From a plasmid: a stretch of 64,000 bases of DNA. A model generated the notes under the pieces. That model saw only the letters and a program-made list of their open reading frames with translations, was not told the origin of the DNA and did no database searches. A program made the translations under genes and the position numbers. Below are positions 49,400-59,989 of this stretch, piece after piece; the stretch's first letter is position 1; every line of letters begins with the position of its first letter. The DNA is taken from sequence record NZ_CP156668.1; one strand, 5' to 3'.

Positions 49400-49870
49400 T
49401 TAATCTCCCCCTTTCGCTGACTTTTCTCGATCCACTAATGATTTGAGAATTTCTGCCTTGGTACTCTTGTTAAATGCTGTGGTGAGGTCTTTGGCATTGA
49501 TACTAAAGTAATGGTCACTCAATTCTTTTAAATTCCCCCAGGTCGCACTCCCGTGGGTTTCAGTGTCCGCAGTTTCCCACGCTTTGTGCTTGCTATTGCG
49601 TTTCAAAGCAAAATAAATGGTGTATAGGACCACAGCGATACTGACGATAATTAATACCGGGTTCTTTTGACCCAAATACAAGTTGTAATAGTGCCAGGGG
49701 TGCAAGGCTAATTGTTTTAATACGGTTGGCATATGATCCGCAAAAGTTAGCTTATAGTGCGACAAGGCCATGACTGATCCAGCTAAAATCTCCGCTAAAT
49801 ACAAGCCAATGATTAGCGTTAGTAGATACGTCCAACTAGCTTTAATCACAGCTATGCTTCTATCTTTCAT
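49400..49870 (-). CDS. Membrane anchor of the coupling protein (TraI-like of pIP501-type systems): two TM helices plus the HGSAxW motif
   Basis: ...ETHGSATWGN... equals the conserved GSARWA motif that in single-chain VirD4 proteins follows the TM domain. Its stop (TAA) is 1 nt from the ATG of the ATPase gene. Confidence 0.6.
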   Translation of the reverse strand: MKDRSIAVIKASWTYLLTLIIGLYLAEILAGSVMALSHYKLTFADHMPTVLKQLALHPWHYYNLYLGQKNPVLIIVSIAVVLYTIYFALKRNSKHKAWETADTETHGSATWGNLKELSDHYFSINAKDLTTAFNKSTKAEILKSLVDREKSAKGGD

Positions 49871-49872
49871 TT

Positions 49873-50241
49873 CTAATCACCTACGATTCGTTTAATTTGT
49901 GACTGCTTGGTACCGGCATACCGTTGCTTACCATGAATCAAGGTTGGCACCGCCGTTAGTTGATATTGCTGAATGTAGTGCCGATTCTGCGATTGATTCA
50001 TGTTAATAAAAACAACGTTATGGCTAATGACGTTGTGCCAATAGATTCGGTGAAAAATAGCTTGGCAATCCGGGCAATCATCGCGATAGAAGAACAACAC
50101 TTTTTTAGGGTGCTTAGCCAGCGTCACAACTGGCCGCTGTTTTTCCACGTGATTCACGTATTGATGACTAGCAAAACCACTAACGGCTAAAACCACCACG
50201 ATTACCGCTAGGGCCTTACCAACCCGCTTAATTAAGGTCAC
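49873..50241 (-). CDS. Membrane-anchored thioredoxin-like protein (CxxC)
   Basis: N-terminal TM helix, and a CPDC motif within FFYRDDCPDCQAIF. Confidence 0.6.
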   Translation of the reverse strand: MTLIKRVGKALAVIVVVLAVSGFASHQYVNHVEKQRPVVTLAKHPKKVLFFYRDDCPDCQAIFHRIYWHNVISHNVVFINMNQSQNRHYIQQYQLTAVPTLIHGKQRYAGTKQSQIKRIVGD

Positions 50242-50845
50242 TGGCTTTAAAGCTACTACCTAAATTTTGGACTGCGGTGATTCGATCCGTGGTGGTATCG
50301 AAAGTCACTTGATAAAGTACCGTCGCCTTTTGCCAGTCGTTGTTGCCACTCTTACTTTGGTAGCTAACAACCGCCAAACCTTTCATGTTTTGCCCCTGCT
50401 TGCTTTGCGTATACAGGTTTAGTTGGTTTAACTTGGCTGAAACACTATTGCTATCACCATACGTGCCTTTATTTGAAAAGTATTGCTGATATAGCTTGTC
50501 GGAAATCAAGTCTTTCACGCCATCTTTACGCTGGCCGTAGGTCTTGGGCTTAAAGTTGTTCATGACCTTAAATAACTTGGTGACTACCGTATTAAAGCTA
50601 AGTTCAGCCTGACTTTTGTCTTTATTATTTTGGTAGGTCTTATAACTGTCAATTTGGGTGCTCAATAACTGCTTTTGTTGGTTGGCTTTAGTCAATTGCT
50701 GGTTAACTTGTCGCTTCTGCTGTTGTAAGCGACTGATCTGTTGTTGCGCCTGCTTAACTTGGCTATGTTGATAGGCATTTGCCCCTAATGACATAACTAA
50801 GATCAAACTACCAAGTGCAATACTTAATACCACGCTACGCTTCAT
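50228..50845 (-). CDS. Secreted/membrane-anchored Gln-rich conjugation-cluster protein
   Basis: Signal peptide MKRSVVLSIALGSLILVMSLGANA, and a Q-rich coiled coil. Confidence 0.4.
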   Translation of the reverse strand: MKRSVVLSIALGSLILVMSLGANAYQHSQVKQAQQQISRLQQQKRQVNQQLTKANQQKQLLSTQIDSYKTYQNNKDKSQAELSFNTVVTKLFKVMNNFKPKTYGQRKDGVKDLISDKLYQQYFSNKGTYGDSNSVSAKLNQLNLYTQSKQGQNMKGLAVVSYQSKSGNNDWQKATVLYQVTFDTTTDRITAVQNLGSSFKASDLN

Positions 50846-50859
50846 TTGTTGGTTCCTCC

Positions 50860-52014
50860 TTACTTCTTGATTGGCCGAGCTAACGTTACATCGCTACCAC
50901 TTAGTAAGCTATAAAAGGCGGTGCCAAAGGTGCTTTCGTTAACCTTATCGCCCGTACCACCTTGCTCAATAATCTTGGTGGCTTTACCTTGCCATTTATC
51001 TAACAGAATGGCGGTATGCCCGTTGTTTCCGGCCCCGGCGCCTTGATTAACAATCACAATATCGCCGGCTTTCGCGTCATTTTCACTGATTTGTTTCAAG
51101 TATTGATGGCTACCTTTGGCGTCACTGGCCATCGTGCCGGTAAACCAGCCCATGTTGGCCGGTACCTTGTAACCAGCCTTATTCAGGGCTAACCAGACAA
51201 AGCCCGAACAATCAGTTCCACCAGTTTTGCTGGGATTCTTCAAATCACTGCCTAAATCGGGGCTGGGGTGGGTTTGAACATAGTGGAAATCACCTTTCAT
51301 ACTTTCCGCATTTTTGACGATACTCCCACCGGAATAGCTCGGGTTACTATCACAACCTAGCTCGGTCAGATTGCCGGAACTCGCATTGTCTAAGGTATTA
51401 CCGGCCACTGGGTCACTCGCCCCGAACACGGAATACCAGTGATCGGCATACCCGTATCTTTGGCTTAAATACCATTGTTCCGGGTTTTTGCCCATGCCTT
51501 CATAATCCATTAACCAGGCTTTGGTTGCTTTGTGTACGTCCGTATATTTAAAGATCTGCTTGTTTGACGCATAGTAACTACTGTTCAATTCTTGATCGAG
51601 ATAGTCCAACTGCACCCCGAGATTCGTCGCTGGTTTATTTTCTTTATGAGCTAAGTCTTCCAACTTATCCTTCCGACCACCTAACCACTGGGCTAAGCCC
51701 GTGGCCCCGGAACTTGAATTAACCGAATTGGGATCAAGGCGACTTTCTAGTTGTAAGACCCCCAAGATACCGGCGGCCGCTTGTGGGGTGGCACCATACT
51801 TTTGTTTCCAGTGGGCATAGATGTTTTTGGCATTTTCCATCATACTCTTACTATCTAATTGCGTTTCTGTAGTGGTTGAGTTATCACAACTGTTTTCTTG
51901 CAATTGACCAGTAAGCGCGGCAATTAACAAGATGATTAGCAGAAGGGCGCCACCCACAATATAAGCAATCAATTTCCACTTCTTTTTCTTATATTCAAAT
52001 GACAATACCTGCAT
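50860..52014 (-). CDS. Conjugative peptidoglycan hydrolase: N-terminal lysozyme/transglycosylase-like domain plus C-terminal CHAP domain (TraG/TcpG/PrgK-like)
   Basis: N-terminal TM. AGILGVLQLESRLDP...GATGLAQW is lysozyme-like. The CHAP Cys-His pair is DCSGFVW...GHTAIL. Confidence 0.7.
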   Translation of the reverse strand: MQVLSFEYKKKKWKLIAYIVGGALLLIILLIAALTGQLQENSCDNSTTTETQLDSKSMMENAKNIYAHWKQKYGATPQAAAGILGVLQLESRLDPNSVNSSSGATGLAQWLGGRKDKLEDLAHKENKPATNLGVQLDYLDQELNSSYYASNKQIFKYTDVHKATKAWLMDYEGMGKNPEQWYLSQRYGYADHWYSVFGASDPVAGNTLDNASSGNLTELGCDSNPSYSGGSIVKNAESMKGDFHYVQTHPSPDLGSDLKNPSKTGGTDCSGFVWLALNKAGYKVPANMGWFTGTMASDAKGSHQYLKQISENDAKAGDIVIVNQGAGAGNNGHTAILLDKWQGKATKIIEQGGTGDKVNESTFGTAFYSLLSGSDVTLARPIKK

Positions 52015-53433
52015 TTAATCACCCACTTTGTGCTTGGCCTGATCGACTTGTTTTTGCGCTGCTGATTGGTCACTCTGCGCGTTCTTTAAGTCCGACTTAG
52101 CCGAATCCACCTTCTTGTCTTTGTTCTTATCTTTACTGCCATCAATCTTGTTGGCGTCATCTAACTTCTTTTGGGCGTCACTAACTTCGTTCTTAGCGGC
52201 ATTGAGACTTAACAGGGCTTTTAAATACTTAGCTTTAGGACTATTCACACCGGCTAATTTGGTTTGGACGGTCTGGGCGTCTTGCGTATCGTTATGGGCT
52301 AGGAAGGCTTGTCCCATTCTCAATAAAACATCAGCGTTCGTCGTAAAGGATAATTGGTTATTAAGCGTATTGGTATCATAATTAACAATCGCTTTTTCAA
52401 GTTTCAACTGGTCTTTTTGCTTGCTCGTCGCCTTAGTTGGTAACTGCCAATCGGCCACTTGACTGCTATCTTGGTTGGCATAAGCCGCATTAACAACCTT
52501 GTTCAACTGACTTGGGTCAACGTTTAAGGCTTGCTGGTACTGACGATGTTTTAAAAAGACACTGACTTGCTTAGTTAAAGGATAGCCGGCCCGTTTCATA
52601 TCTTTTTGCGCTTCCGACCACTTTTTATCATTTAAAGCGGTCTGAATTTGGCCGCTATATTTTAATCGCGTGACCTGGGCTTGGTTCTGGTTAGCTAAGC
52701 TTTGATACTTTCCTTCGTCACTTTTATGGACTAAGCCGACGGCCAAAACGGCCACAATCGCCACTCCGGCCACGCTCAACCATAAACGTTGTTTGGTTTT
52801 CTGCTGGGCCGTTTCAACTTCCTGCCATTCGTGATAACTCACAAAGTCCTCAATGCCGTTAACCACTTCCGTTAACTCATTTAACGACGTAGCTTTAGCT
52901 ACTTGTTGTAAATAGTCATCCGGGTGTTTGGCCAAGGCTTCTTGGGGATTGCTTAGTAACCGTTCATAGGGCGTCCCCGTCAAGCAAAATAGAATCAGCG
53001 CTTTGTATTTGGCTAAATTGCTATGCTTGTCATCATAAGGCATGAGTTCATTGGCCCGGTAGGCGTACCAAACATGTTGCATGGGGTAATACCACAGGTT
53101 AGCTGGGTTCAACGCAATATGATACTGGCTATCAGCAACCACATGTTGCGCCATAATTTTCTTGGCAACGGCTGCCCGTATCGCCTTATTTTCCTGCGGT
53201 AATTCCTTTAATGATCTGACCTTATCCGGCAAGGTATAAGTTAAAACAACCTTCTGGTCTTGCTCAACTACGTTAACCAACTGTAAGAAATTGGAATCAG
53301 CTTCCTTTAATTCGTTTAGCTCACTCAACTGGTCGTATCGAAACTGATTGTGATTGAGTTCGAGAATTAGCTGGTTTCCCTGTCGCTTGAAGGTGCCAAC
53401 CTCGATATTCAATAACTGGTTTGGTTTACTCAT
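52015..53433 (-). CDS. Conjugation-cluster membrane protein with a long Lys/Gln-rich coiled-coil C-terminus
   Basis: 472 aa. Central TM LWLSVAGVAIVAVLAVGLV. The C-terminus has repetitive KxDxAxK segments. Confidence 0.4.
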   Translation of the reverse strand: MSKPNQLLNIEVGTFKRQGNQLILELNHNQFRYDQLSELNELKEADSNFLQLVNVVEQDQKVVLTYTLPDKVRSLKELPQENKAIRAAVAKKIMAQHVVADSQYHIALNPANLWYYPMQHVWYAYRANELMPYDDKHSNLAKYKALILFCLTGTPYERLLSNPQEALAKHPDDYLQQVAKATSLNELTEVVNGIEDFVSYHEWQEVETAQQKTKQRLWLSVAGVAIVAVLAVGLVHKSDEGKYQSLANQNQAQVTRLKYSGQIQTALNDKKWSEAQKDMKRAGYPLTKQVSVFLKHRQYQQALNVDPSQLNKVVNAAYANQDSSQVADWQLPTKATSKQKDQLKLEKAIVNYDTNTLNNQLSFTTNADVLLRMGQAFLAHNDTQDAQTVQTKLAGVNSPKAKYLKALLSLNAAKNEVSDAQKKLDDANKIDGSKDKNKDKKVDSAKSDLKNAQSDQSAAQKQVDQAKHKVGD

Positions 53434-55444
53434 TTAAAGTCCCTCCTTCCTCCTCGGTGGTAGTTAAAGCGTCAATCTCACTAGGTGTTAAGACCACGCG
53501 CTTTTGATAATCCGGTTGTCCGGCTGTTTCACGGTTGTATTTCTCTTGGTAAGCTTCGGGGTCGATTAGTCGTAGTTCTTCTTCGGTCAATTCAACTTTC
53601 ATAAAGGCGCGTTGGCTACCATAGATCATCAGAGCTTCGCCTTGTCTACGACGTTCTAGTAGCTTCTTTTCTTTATCCGAGAACGTCATACGCAATTTGG
53701 TAATCACATCATCAACGCCTTTACCGTCAAGACCAAAGAACACTTTGGTGTAGGAGTTCCCAATAATGGCTTCACCAATGTTCTGCCCGGTATCTGTCGT
53801 GCCTTCAATCACATCTTGAATTTGCTGCGTTCCGGCAATGGCCCCGGCATTGTATTTTCTAAAACGTTTGTATGCTTGATGGAAAAAGGTGGCGGCCGCT
53901 TTGTGCAAAGTCAAAAAGTGAAATTCATCGACAAACAATTTCTTGCGGCTATGCCGATCTTTGGTAATTTCGTCCCATAGATACTGGAAAGTATTCAGAT
54001 AGGCGGCTGATTGGACTTCCTGCTCACTTTGTAGCGGTTTTAAATCAAAGGAAATGATTTTCCCTTTTAAGTTAACGTTGGTATGGCCGTCAAATAAACT
54101 GTTAGAACCATGGGTATAACTGCCTAAGATGTAGTAGAAGTCTTTGACCCGATTGAATTTGTCGGCGTCCTTATCTGCCAATTTTTCCAACTCGTCATAA
54201 ACATTGGATAAGGTCGGCCACTGATCGTCTTTAATTTCTTTTAAGCGGCTATATTTCAAAACGCCACTGTTGACGTAAGCTTGTTTAACGACATCATCAA
54301 GGATTGCCAGTTCAACTTGGGTAATCCCGGTTTTAAGGACTTCAAAGAACCCCTTTAATCGCTGGATTTTATCTTTAACTAGTAAATCAAGGTTTGTGAC
54401 CGCTTCATCGGCGCTTAAGATTTCTTCGGAAAAGATTTGTAGCGGGTTAATTTTGTACCTAGCATTAGAAGTTAGGTGCAGGACTGCCCCACCTAGGGCT
54501 TCGACAATTTTGGTATATTCATTTTCTGGATCAATAATGTAGAGTTGATAGTCTTGAATGGCGTAGCGTAGGATTTTTTGGATCATATAGGTGGTCTTGC
54601 CGACCCCCGAGGTCCCGATAATCACCTGATTTTGATTTAGGGTCTTGTTGCGATCCAACATATCTACGGCAATTAAGCTGTTGGTATCTTTGTTAACTCC
54701 TTCAATATCGCTTCTCGGCTTTAAGTCCAGAATTTCAGCGTCATCAAAAGGAAACATACTGCTGGCCACTTCGGTATTACTCTCTTTATAGGTGTAATCC
54801 CCCATAAGGTTCTCGTTAATTGGCATGGTTGACCAAAAAGCTTGAAAAGTCGCTTTAACGGGCACTAGGGGCTTCATTTGTAGTTTAATCAAGGTGTTCT
54901 TGACGTTTTCGGTTAAATCGTCTAGCTCTGCTAAACTGTTGGCCCGCAGATAAATGAGCATATGTTGGTAGACAAATGTGGTAGAATTATCAAGGTATTT
55001 ATCTAGTTGCATGTTGGCTGAATCAATATAATTTTGCAGAATCTTCTTTTTATACGGGTCGAACGTATTGAGCTTCTGCGCTTCCTTATTTTGAATCGTC
55101 TTCTTGTAATAGGTAATCATTGAATTGTTACTGGCGCTGTCGATATATTGCACAATATCAATAACGCCTTTTTTACGCTTCAATTCTGACAACCAGTTGC
55201 CGTAAACCCGCTTGGGATAGTCAGCAATCGCTAACACCCGAATAAAATTCTCCCCCGACTGGACATAGGTAGGGTACTGTTCCCAGCTAAACGGAAATAG
55301 TGAATGCAAGCTATCGCGATCAATCAGCTTGGTAAAGTCTTCAACCTCCGGTTGGGGCTTACTACCCGTTTGACCGCTGTTGCCTTGATGACTTTCTTTT
55401 TTAGTTGGCATAAATAAATCAATGACCTTATCACCAAAACTCAT
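53426..55444 (-). CDS. VirB4-family T4SS ATPase (TraE/PrgJ/TcpF-like)
   Basis: Walker A GTSGVGKTT and Walker B region LFVDEFH, 672 aa. Own RBS GGAGG 8 nt upstream. Confidence 0.85.
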   Translation of the reverse strand: MSFGDKVIDLFMPTKKESHQGNSGQTGSKPQPEVEDFTKLIDRDSLHSLFPFSWEQYPTYVQSGENFIRVLAIADYPKRVYGNWLSELKRKKGVIDIVQYIDSASNNSMITYYKKTIQNKEAQKLNTFDPYKKKILQNYIDSANMQLDKYLDNSTTFVYQHMLIYLRANSLAELDDLTENVKNTLIKLQMKPLVPVKATFQAFWSTMPINENLMGDYTYKESNTEVASSMFPFDDAEILDLKPRSDIEGVNKDTNSLIAVDMLDRNKTLNQNQVIIGTSGVGKTTYMIQKILRYAIQDYQLYIIDPENEYTKIVEALGGAVLHLTSNARYKINPLQIFSEEILSADEAVTNLDLLVKDKIQRLKGFFEVLKTGITQVELAILDDVVKQAYVNSGVLKYSRLKEIKDDQWPTLSNVYDELEKLADKDADKFNRVKDFYYILGSYTHGSNSLFDGHTNVNLKGKIISFDLKPLQSEQEVQSAAYLNTFQYLWDEITKDRHSRKKLFVDEFHFLTLHKAAATFFHQAYKRFRKYNAGAIAGTQQIQDVIEGTTDTGQNIGEAIIGNSYTKVFFGLDGKGVDDVITKLRMTFSDKEKKLLERRRQGEALMIYGSQRAFMKVELTEEELRLIDPEAYQEKYNRETAGQPDYQKRVVLTPSEIDALTTTEEEGGTLNE

Positions 55445-55455
55445 ACTGTTGCCTC

Positions 55456-56115
55456 CTATCCATTAAAATTGATCAAATTCTTTAAAATCTCTTGGACTTC
55501 CTGACTAGTCAAAACTTTGGCCGTCACATCAAAGTCCGTTAACGCATTTTCAATATCCCGTTTAACCTGTTCGATCTTTTCGTCTAAATGAGTGACCGCT
55601 AGGTTTAAGCTCTTAACACTTTTGTCCTTAATTGGCACCTTAACGATTAGCAGATGTTGCTTAGTTGTCATGTTTTTGGATTCTTGGACTTTAGTAAAGT
55701 GATCCAAGTAACTGGCTATGAGCTGGATTTTGAACTGTTGTTCCGGGTGGCCTTTTTGTAAGGCGAGATACCGCCGTTTGAGACCATTGAGATAAGCCGT
55801 CATATTGACGGGAATCGTTGGCTCTAAGAACTGTAACGTGTCATCAACGCCTTCACCTAAGGTACTCATGAGAAACGCGCCATAGTCCTCAAAAACGTCC
55901 TGTTGTTCGGTTTCATTAAGTAGATCAAGGTTGATCCCACTAACTTCCAAAATGCCAACGAGATTACCCGTTTTGGTAACTTCGTAATTACCATACATAC
56001 CCACCACCAAGCTCATGTCATCAATGGTCTCTTTGCCACCATTGATTTTAGGCGGTTGGTAATCCCAATCGAGTTTCGCTGATTTATTGGCGGTTTTGCT
56101 CTTCTTCAAACGCAT
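55456..56115 (-). CDS. Hypothetical conjugation protein (219 aa)
   Basis: ORF between the VirB3-like and VirB4 genes. Soluble protein, no motif recognised. Confidence 0.35.
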   Translation of the reverse strand: MRLKKSKTANKSAKLDWDYQPPKINGGKETIDDMSLVVGMYGNYEVTKTGNLVGILEVSGINLDLLNETEQQDVFEDYGAFLMSTLGEGVDDTLQFLEPTIPVNMTAYLNGLKRRYLALQKGHPEQQFKIQLIASYLDHFTKVQESKNMTTKQHLLIVKVPIKDKSVKSLNLAVTHLDEKIEQVKRDIENALTDFDVTAKVLTSQEVQEILKNLINFNG

Positions 56116-56446
56116 TTAGTTCACCTCGCTTCTTCGGTTTTAAATAAAACAGTTTCTGACCATTGGCATAGCGGCGTTTCAACTTAAAATTATCCCGCAC
56201 TTTAATATTCTTCCGCGCCGCAACTGGCCTAATTGTTAAAATAGCCATGACAATCGTCATGGCTAAGACAACAATCACTATTTTTATCAGGACTAAGATC
56301 AGACCATAGGGTGGGATCGCAATAAAAATCAAGCCCACTAGTCCTGCCAGCGCCGCATAGCCAAAATCCTTCAAGGTGTAGTCTTTCCAGATCCCGTAAT
56401 CTTTATCTACGTTCTCTGGGAAGATAAATTCTTTTCCTTTCTTCAT
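56084..56446 (-). CDS. VirB3/PrgI-like small membrane protein
   Basis: 120 aa, two adjacent TM helices (AALAGLVGLIFIAIPPYGLILVLIKIVIVVLAMTIVMAIL). RBS AAGGAG. Confidence 0.45.
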   Translation of the reverse strand: MKKGKEFIFPENVDKDYGIWKDYTLKDFGYAALAGLVGLIFIAIPPYGLILVLIKIVIVVLAMTIVMAILTIRPVAARKNIKVRDNFKLKRRYANGQKLFYLKPKKRGELNAFEEEQNRQ

Positions 56447-56466
56447 TTGGCAGGCTCCTTTTTAAA

Positions 56467-56802
56467 TTAAGTGAATAGGCTGTAAACCCAAGGTAATAGC
56501 CAGATAATGGCTGCCGCTAAGGCCACTAAACCAGCCACCCGACCAACCGCGTGATAAACTTCAGATTTCTCTCGCGGATCGTCTGCGTCAGGCATTCTTT
56601 TGATAATAATAAATAGCGCCACACAAATTCCGACTAAAACGACCAACCCGGTTAAAATACCTTGAATTGTCTTACCAGCTTGGGTGAGCTTACTCTTAAC
56701 TTCGCCACCGTCCGCCGCCAAAACAACCCGAGCGTTCATCAATCCCAAGTAAATTGTGGTGGCTCCAGTGGTTACTAACGCTTTTACTTTGCTGAACTTC
56801 AT
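56467..56802 (-). CDS. VirB2/pilin-like two-TM protein with a signal peptide
   Basis: Start at MKFSKV (RBS AAAGGAGG). The signal peptide ends VVLAADGG. The C-terminus has two hydrophobic helices. Confidence 0.45.
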   Translation of the reverse strand: MKFSKVKALVTTGATTIYLGLMNARVVLAADGGEVKSKLTQAGKTIQGILTGLVVLVGICVALFIIIKRMPDADDPREKSEVYHAVGRVAGLVALAAAIIWLLPWVYSLFT

Positions 56803-56803
56803 G

Positions 56804-57418
56804 TTATTCCTCCTTTCCATCGTCTTCTGATGTTCGTAATTGAATTTGTTCTGCCTGCATTTCTTCTGGCTCATGTTGATAGAACTTGTTCAATTGTTCC
56901 TCAGCAATTTGCTGGCTTGGTAACGGATCGGTGGCTAATTTGACGCGACCATTTTCACTCGTGGCTAAGTAATACTCTTTTTCTGACTGGCCTAACTCTT
57001 GGGTCTCTAGGACATGCAAATTATGTTCGTAACGGCCTAAGGCGTTATCAACTTCTAAGCCATAGAAGCCTAAGAAGCCTTCTAAGAAGCTTTCACCAAA
57101 AAAGGTCATTTCGTTTTTGATCTGCTTATATTGATGAGTCGGTTTATCACTCACCAATTTTTCAGTCTTTTTAGCATTTTGACTGTCTTGATGGTGATTA
57201 AACCAGCCGCTAAGTTTTAAGGGTTCAGTCTTCAACTGGCGTTTAACGGTCTTCTTAATCATTGCTTGCCGAACTTCATCGATTGGCTGACCGTTCTGAT
57301 CTAAAATTGCTTGTAGCTGTTTTTGATCGGTTACTGCTTGGTCCTTATCAACCACAATCGCCTTTTGATCATCATGAACTAGCTTGCCATTAATGCCTTG
57401 CCAGCTTTCTACTTTCAT
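56804..57418 (-). CDS. Hypothetical conjugation protein (204 aa, acidic C-terminus)
   Basis: ORF with RBS GAGGAGG. No domain recognised. Confidence 0.35.
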   Translation of the reverse strand: MKVESWQGINGKLVHDDQKAIVVDKDQAVTDQKQLQAILDQNGQPIDEVRQAMIKKTVKRQLKTEPLKLSGWFNHHQDSQNAKKTEKLVSDKPTHQYKQIKNEMTFFGESFLEGFLGFYGLEVDNALGRYEHNLHVLETQELGQSEKEYYLATSENGRVKLATDPLPSQQIAEEQLNKFYQHEPEEMQAEQIQLRTSEDDGKEE

Positions 57419-57454
57419 TGGATCACCTCCTCAAAAAAAAGCGCGTTAGGGACG

Positions 57455-57793
57455 CTAAACAACTAGCTTTCCCCTAACCCGCCCGGTAAAATGGATTGTT
57501 AGGAGGGTGACACCTAGAAGCTGTGATTCTAGGTGCTGATCCCCGTTAGCAACTTCACTGCTTACGAGGACGCCCTCTTTTTTTATGTGATTTTTAACCC
57601 ACTCTATTCCTTCATCAGATATTAATTTATTGGTACCTGAACCAAGCAAAAATTGATCAGGAAACTCTGGATGTCGTTTGATCCAGTTGCTGACATAATT
57701 TCGGCCACGCCCCAGCTTGTGATTAGCTTGCGTTAGGCTGTACCATTCCTGATTGCTTGTCACATGTAAGTTCTCCTTTCTTAATTTAGTCAT
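57455..57793 (-). CDS. Hypothetical small protein downstream of the relaxase (possible DNA-binding accessory)
   Basis: 112-aa ORF. Weak RBS. Confidence 0.3.
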   Translation of the reverse strand: MTKLRKENLHVTSNQEWYSLTQANHKLGRGRNYVSNWIKRHPEFPDQFLLGSGTNKLISDEGIEWVKNHIKKEGVLVSSEVANGDQHLESQLLGVTLLTIHFTGRVRGKLVV

Positions 57794-57843
57794 AATTTAA
57801 CACCAAAAAGGTGTAATTTACACCATTTATTTTTACATTTAGA

Positions 57844-59907
57844 TTACAAGTGCATGCCTCCATCTTCATGCCGGTTTCGAGTTTGGTGTTGCCGCTGCTT
57901 TTTCGTCATTTCCCACTCGGTCTTTTTTAAACCTTGCGCCTGTTTTTGCCGTTCGTAATCTTCATCACGAGCATATAGGACGGTCATGATTGCGTTACTA
58001 AAGGCCGTCTTTAAGTAGTAGCTTGGACTAACTGGCTTGTAGTTCAGTGGTTGATAATATCCAATATTTGCTTTTCTGTACTGGTCGTCCTTGGCTTGTT
58101 GCCCTTTTAACTGCTTTTGGATTTTCTCGATCTGACTGTTCTTAATCGTCGGATCGGCTTTGCATTCGCCAAAAAAGAGTTGTTTAGTGCCATCATGCTT
58201 TAAAACCCGTTGTAAGTGATGATTTTCTAACTGATATAAGCTAAGCTGTCCCGATAAATAAGCTAGTCCTTGTTGATGTTCTTGGGGACTGAACACCTGT
58301 GGTGGATTTACTTGCCACTGTTCAATTGTTTCAGCCTGACATGGCTTTAAAACAGGATCATAGTACATCACGGCTGTATAGGCTTGTTCCTGTTTAATCA
58401 AAGGCAATCCATCTAAATCGCCTTTGGGAAAAGCCCTTTTCAATACTTCATGGTATTGCGTTTTAATGACTTGCTTAACGGCCATGATTGCCCGTAGGTC
58501 TTTGACTGCTCGAGTAATCTTTTGCTGCTCGGTTGGTGAATACTTTTCTAGTAGACCTTGATCAACGTGTTCTAGACTTTCTAAGCTATCATCATGAATC
58601 ATCAGCGTATATTTAAGCTCGATTTTGACTTCTTTTTCTTGTTGCATTAATAACTTCCAGCCAACGTATGGCCGTTTGGTAAAGGTCAATAATTGTTGGG
58701 CCAACAAATCATCACGAATATTCATTAAACGTTCGTTTAATTCACTGCCTTTGAAAATCGTTTGTTCACTATTAGTTTCTTTAATCAATTCCCGTCGTTC
58801 AGCTTGTGTGGTCTGTTCAAAATTAAGCTCTGGATAAAGTTTTTTAGTCGTGCGATCAACCACTTTATTTAAGAGTTCATCTGCTTTTTTTAGTGAACTT
58901 TCTTGTTGGTTAATCGTCAATAATTGCTTAGTGACATCTTCACCAACAGCGTGCTTAATTAAGGTACTGTTTTTCCAATTAAATAGCATGCGCCGCTTAT
59001 CATCTAAGTTCTCCAAACTGATATAAGTTTTCAGTTCATGGCTTAACTCTTTGACCACTTTTTTCTCGTTAAACGAGAAGTGTTTACTTAGGCTATCCAA
59101 GTGACCTCGATTAATTACTTTTTCTTGATTGTTTTTATAATTCGCTTTGGTCTTACGATATTTCTTAACTTGTTGATTAAATGCCTTTCTTTCATGCCGT
59201 TTACTATTGATCCCCTCGTGTTGCATTGGTGTATCAGCTATTCCCTGTTCCACAAATGATTTTTCACTGATCCGATCCGGAATATTTTTTTGCTCTAAAA
59301 CCTGATTGACACTAACTGCCCAATTATGACGCCATTCAATTATTTTTTCTTTCTTATCCCAATCGACCATCAGTATCTTTCTACTCTTAGGGTACTTGCT
59401 AGTTCCGGTATACATTTTATTGCCATTCTCATCTAAAATATATTGCTTTTTGCTCTTAATTCCCCACGTTCCGTCTGGATTAAATGGCCGGTTAGTTAAC
59501 ATCACATGAGCGTGCGGATTATCTGGGTGATCGCGATGAATTGCCACATCGGCAACCATACCTTCATCAACAAAATTTTCTCGTACATATTTTGTCAATA
59601 ATTCTTTCTGTTCGGATTCACCTAATTCTACCGGTAAAGCCACGTTAAACTCTTTTGCATACCGTGAATTTGCTCGACGGTCTTTTCTTTCTACTTCGTT
59701 CCATAATTTCTCTCTATCACTCGCCCATTCTGGCGCATTCTTTGGTGTCAAAATAAAGCTTTCTGGCATAACCGACCGAGCATAAAAATAGCTTCGACCT
59801 TCTTTTTGATCGAATAATTTTTCGCCACTTCGATAACTTGCTCCAGCAATTGCACTTCTTCCTTTTCCAGCACTAATATTACTAAAGCTCATGTGAAAAA
59901 TTGCCAT
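57844..59907 (-). CDS. MobA/MobL-family (MobQ) conjugative relaxase
   Basis: N-terminus [31 protein letters not shown] (catalytic Tyr region) and [13 protein letters not shown] (3-His motif). Start at ATG 59907 (RBS AAGGTGGTG), not the GTG at 59919. Confidence 0.85.
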   Translation of the reverse strand: MAIFHMSFSNISAGKGRSAIAGASYRSGEKLFDQKEGRSYFYARSVMPESFILTPKNAPEWASDREKLWNEVERKDRRANSRYAKEFNVALPVELGESEQKELLTKYVRENFVDEGMVADVAIHRDHPDNPHAHVMLTNRPFNPDGTWGIKSKKQYILDENGNKMYTGTSKYPKSRKILMVDWDKKEKIIEWRHNWAVSVNQVLEQKNIPDRISEKSFVEQGIADTPMQHEGINSKRHERKAFNQQVKKYRKTKANYKNNQEKVINRGHLDSLSKHFSFNEKKVVKELSHELKTYISLENLDDKRRMLFNWKNSTLIKHAVGEDVTKQLLTINQQESSLKKADELLNKVVDRTTKKLYPELNFEQTTQAERRELIKETNSEQTIFKGSELNERLMNIRDDLLAQQLLTFTKRPYVGWKLLMQQEKEVKIELKYTLMIHDDSLESLEHVDQGLLEKYSPTEQQKITRAVKDLRAIMAVKQVIKTQYHEVLKRAFPKGDLDGLPLIKQEQAYTAVMYYDPVLKPCQAETIEQWQVNPPQVFSPQEHQQGLAYLSGQLSLYQLENHHLQRVLKHDGTKQLFFGECKADPTIKNSQIEKIQKQLKGQQAKDDQYRKANIGYYQPLNYKPVSPSYYLKTAFSNAIMTVLYARDEDYERQKQAQGLKKTEWEMTKKQRQHQTRNRHEDGGMHL

Positions 59908-59989
59908 GTCGGTCACCACCTTTCTTTGGGTTTATGGGTTTGATTTTGTTGACGCCATCGGCGACTTCTAATACAGGATTTTAGCACGA

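Noticed and set aside
55456-56115. Idea that the 219-aa ORF is a frameshifted N-terminus of VirB4
   Set aside because: The 672-aa VirB4 ORF has its own strong GGAGG RBS and already contains the complete N-terminal region through the Walker motifs. The 219-aa protein is therefore a separate gene.
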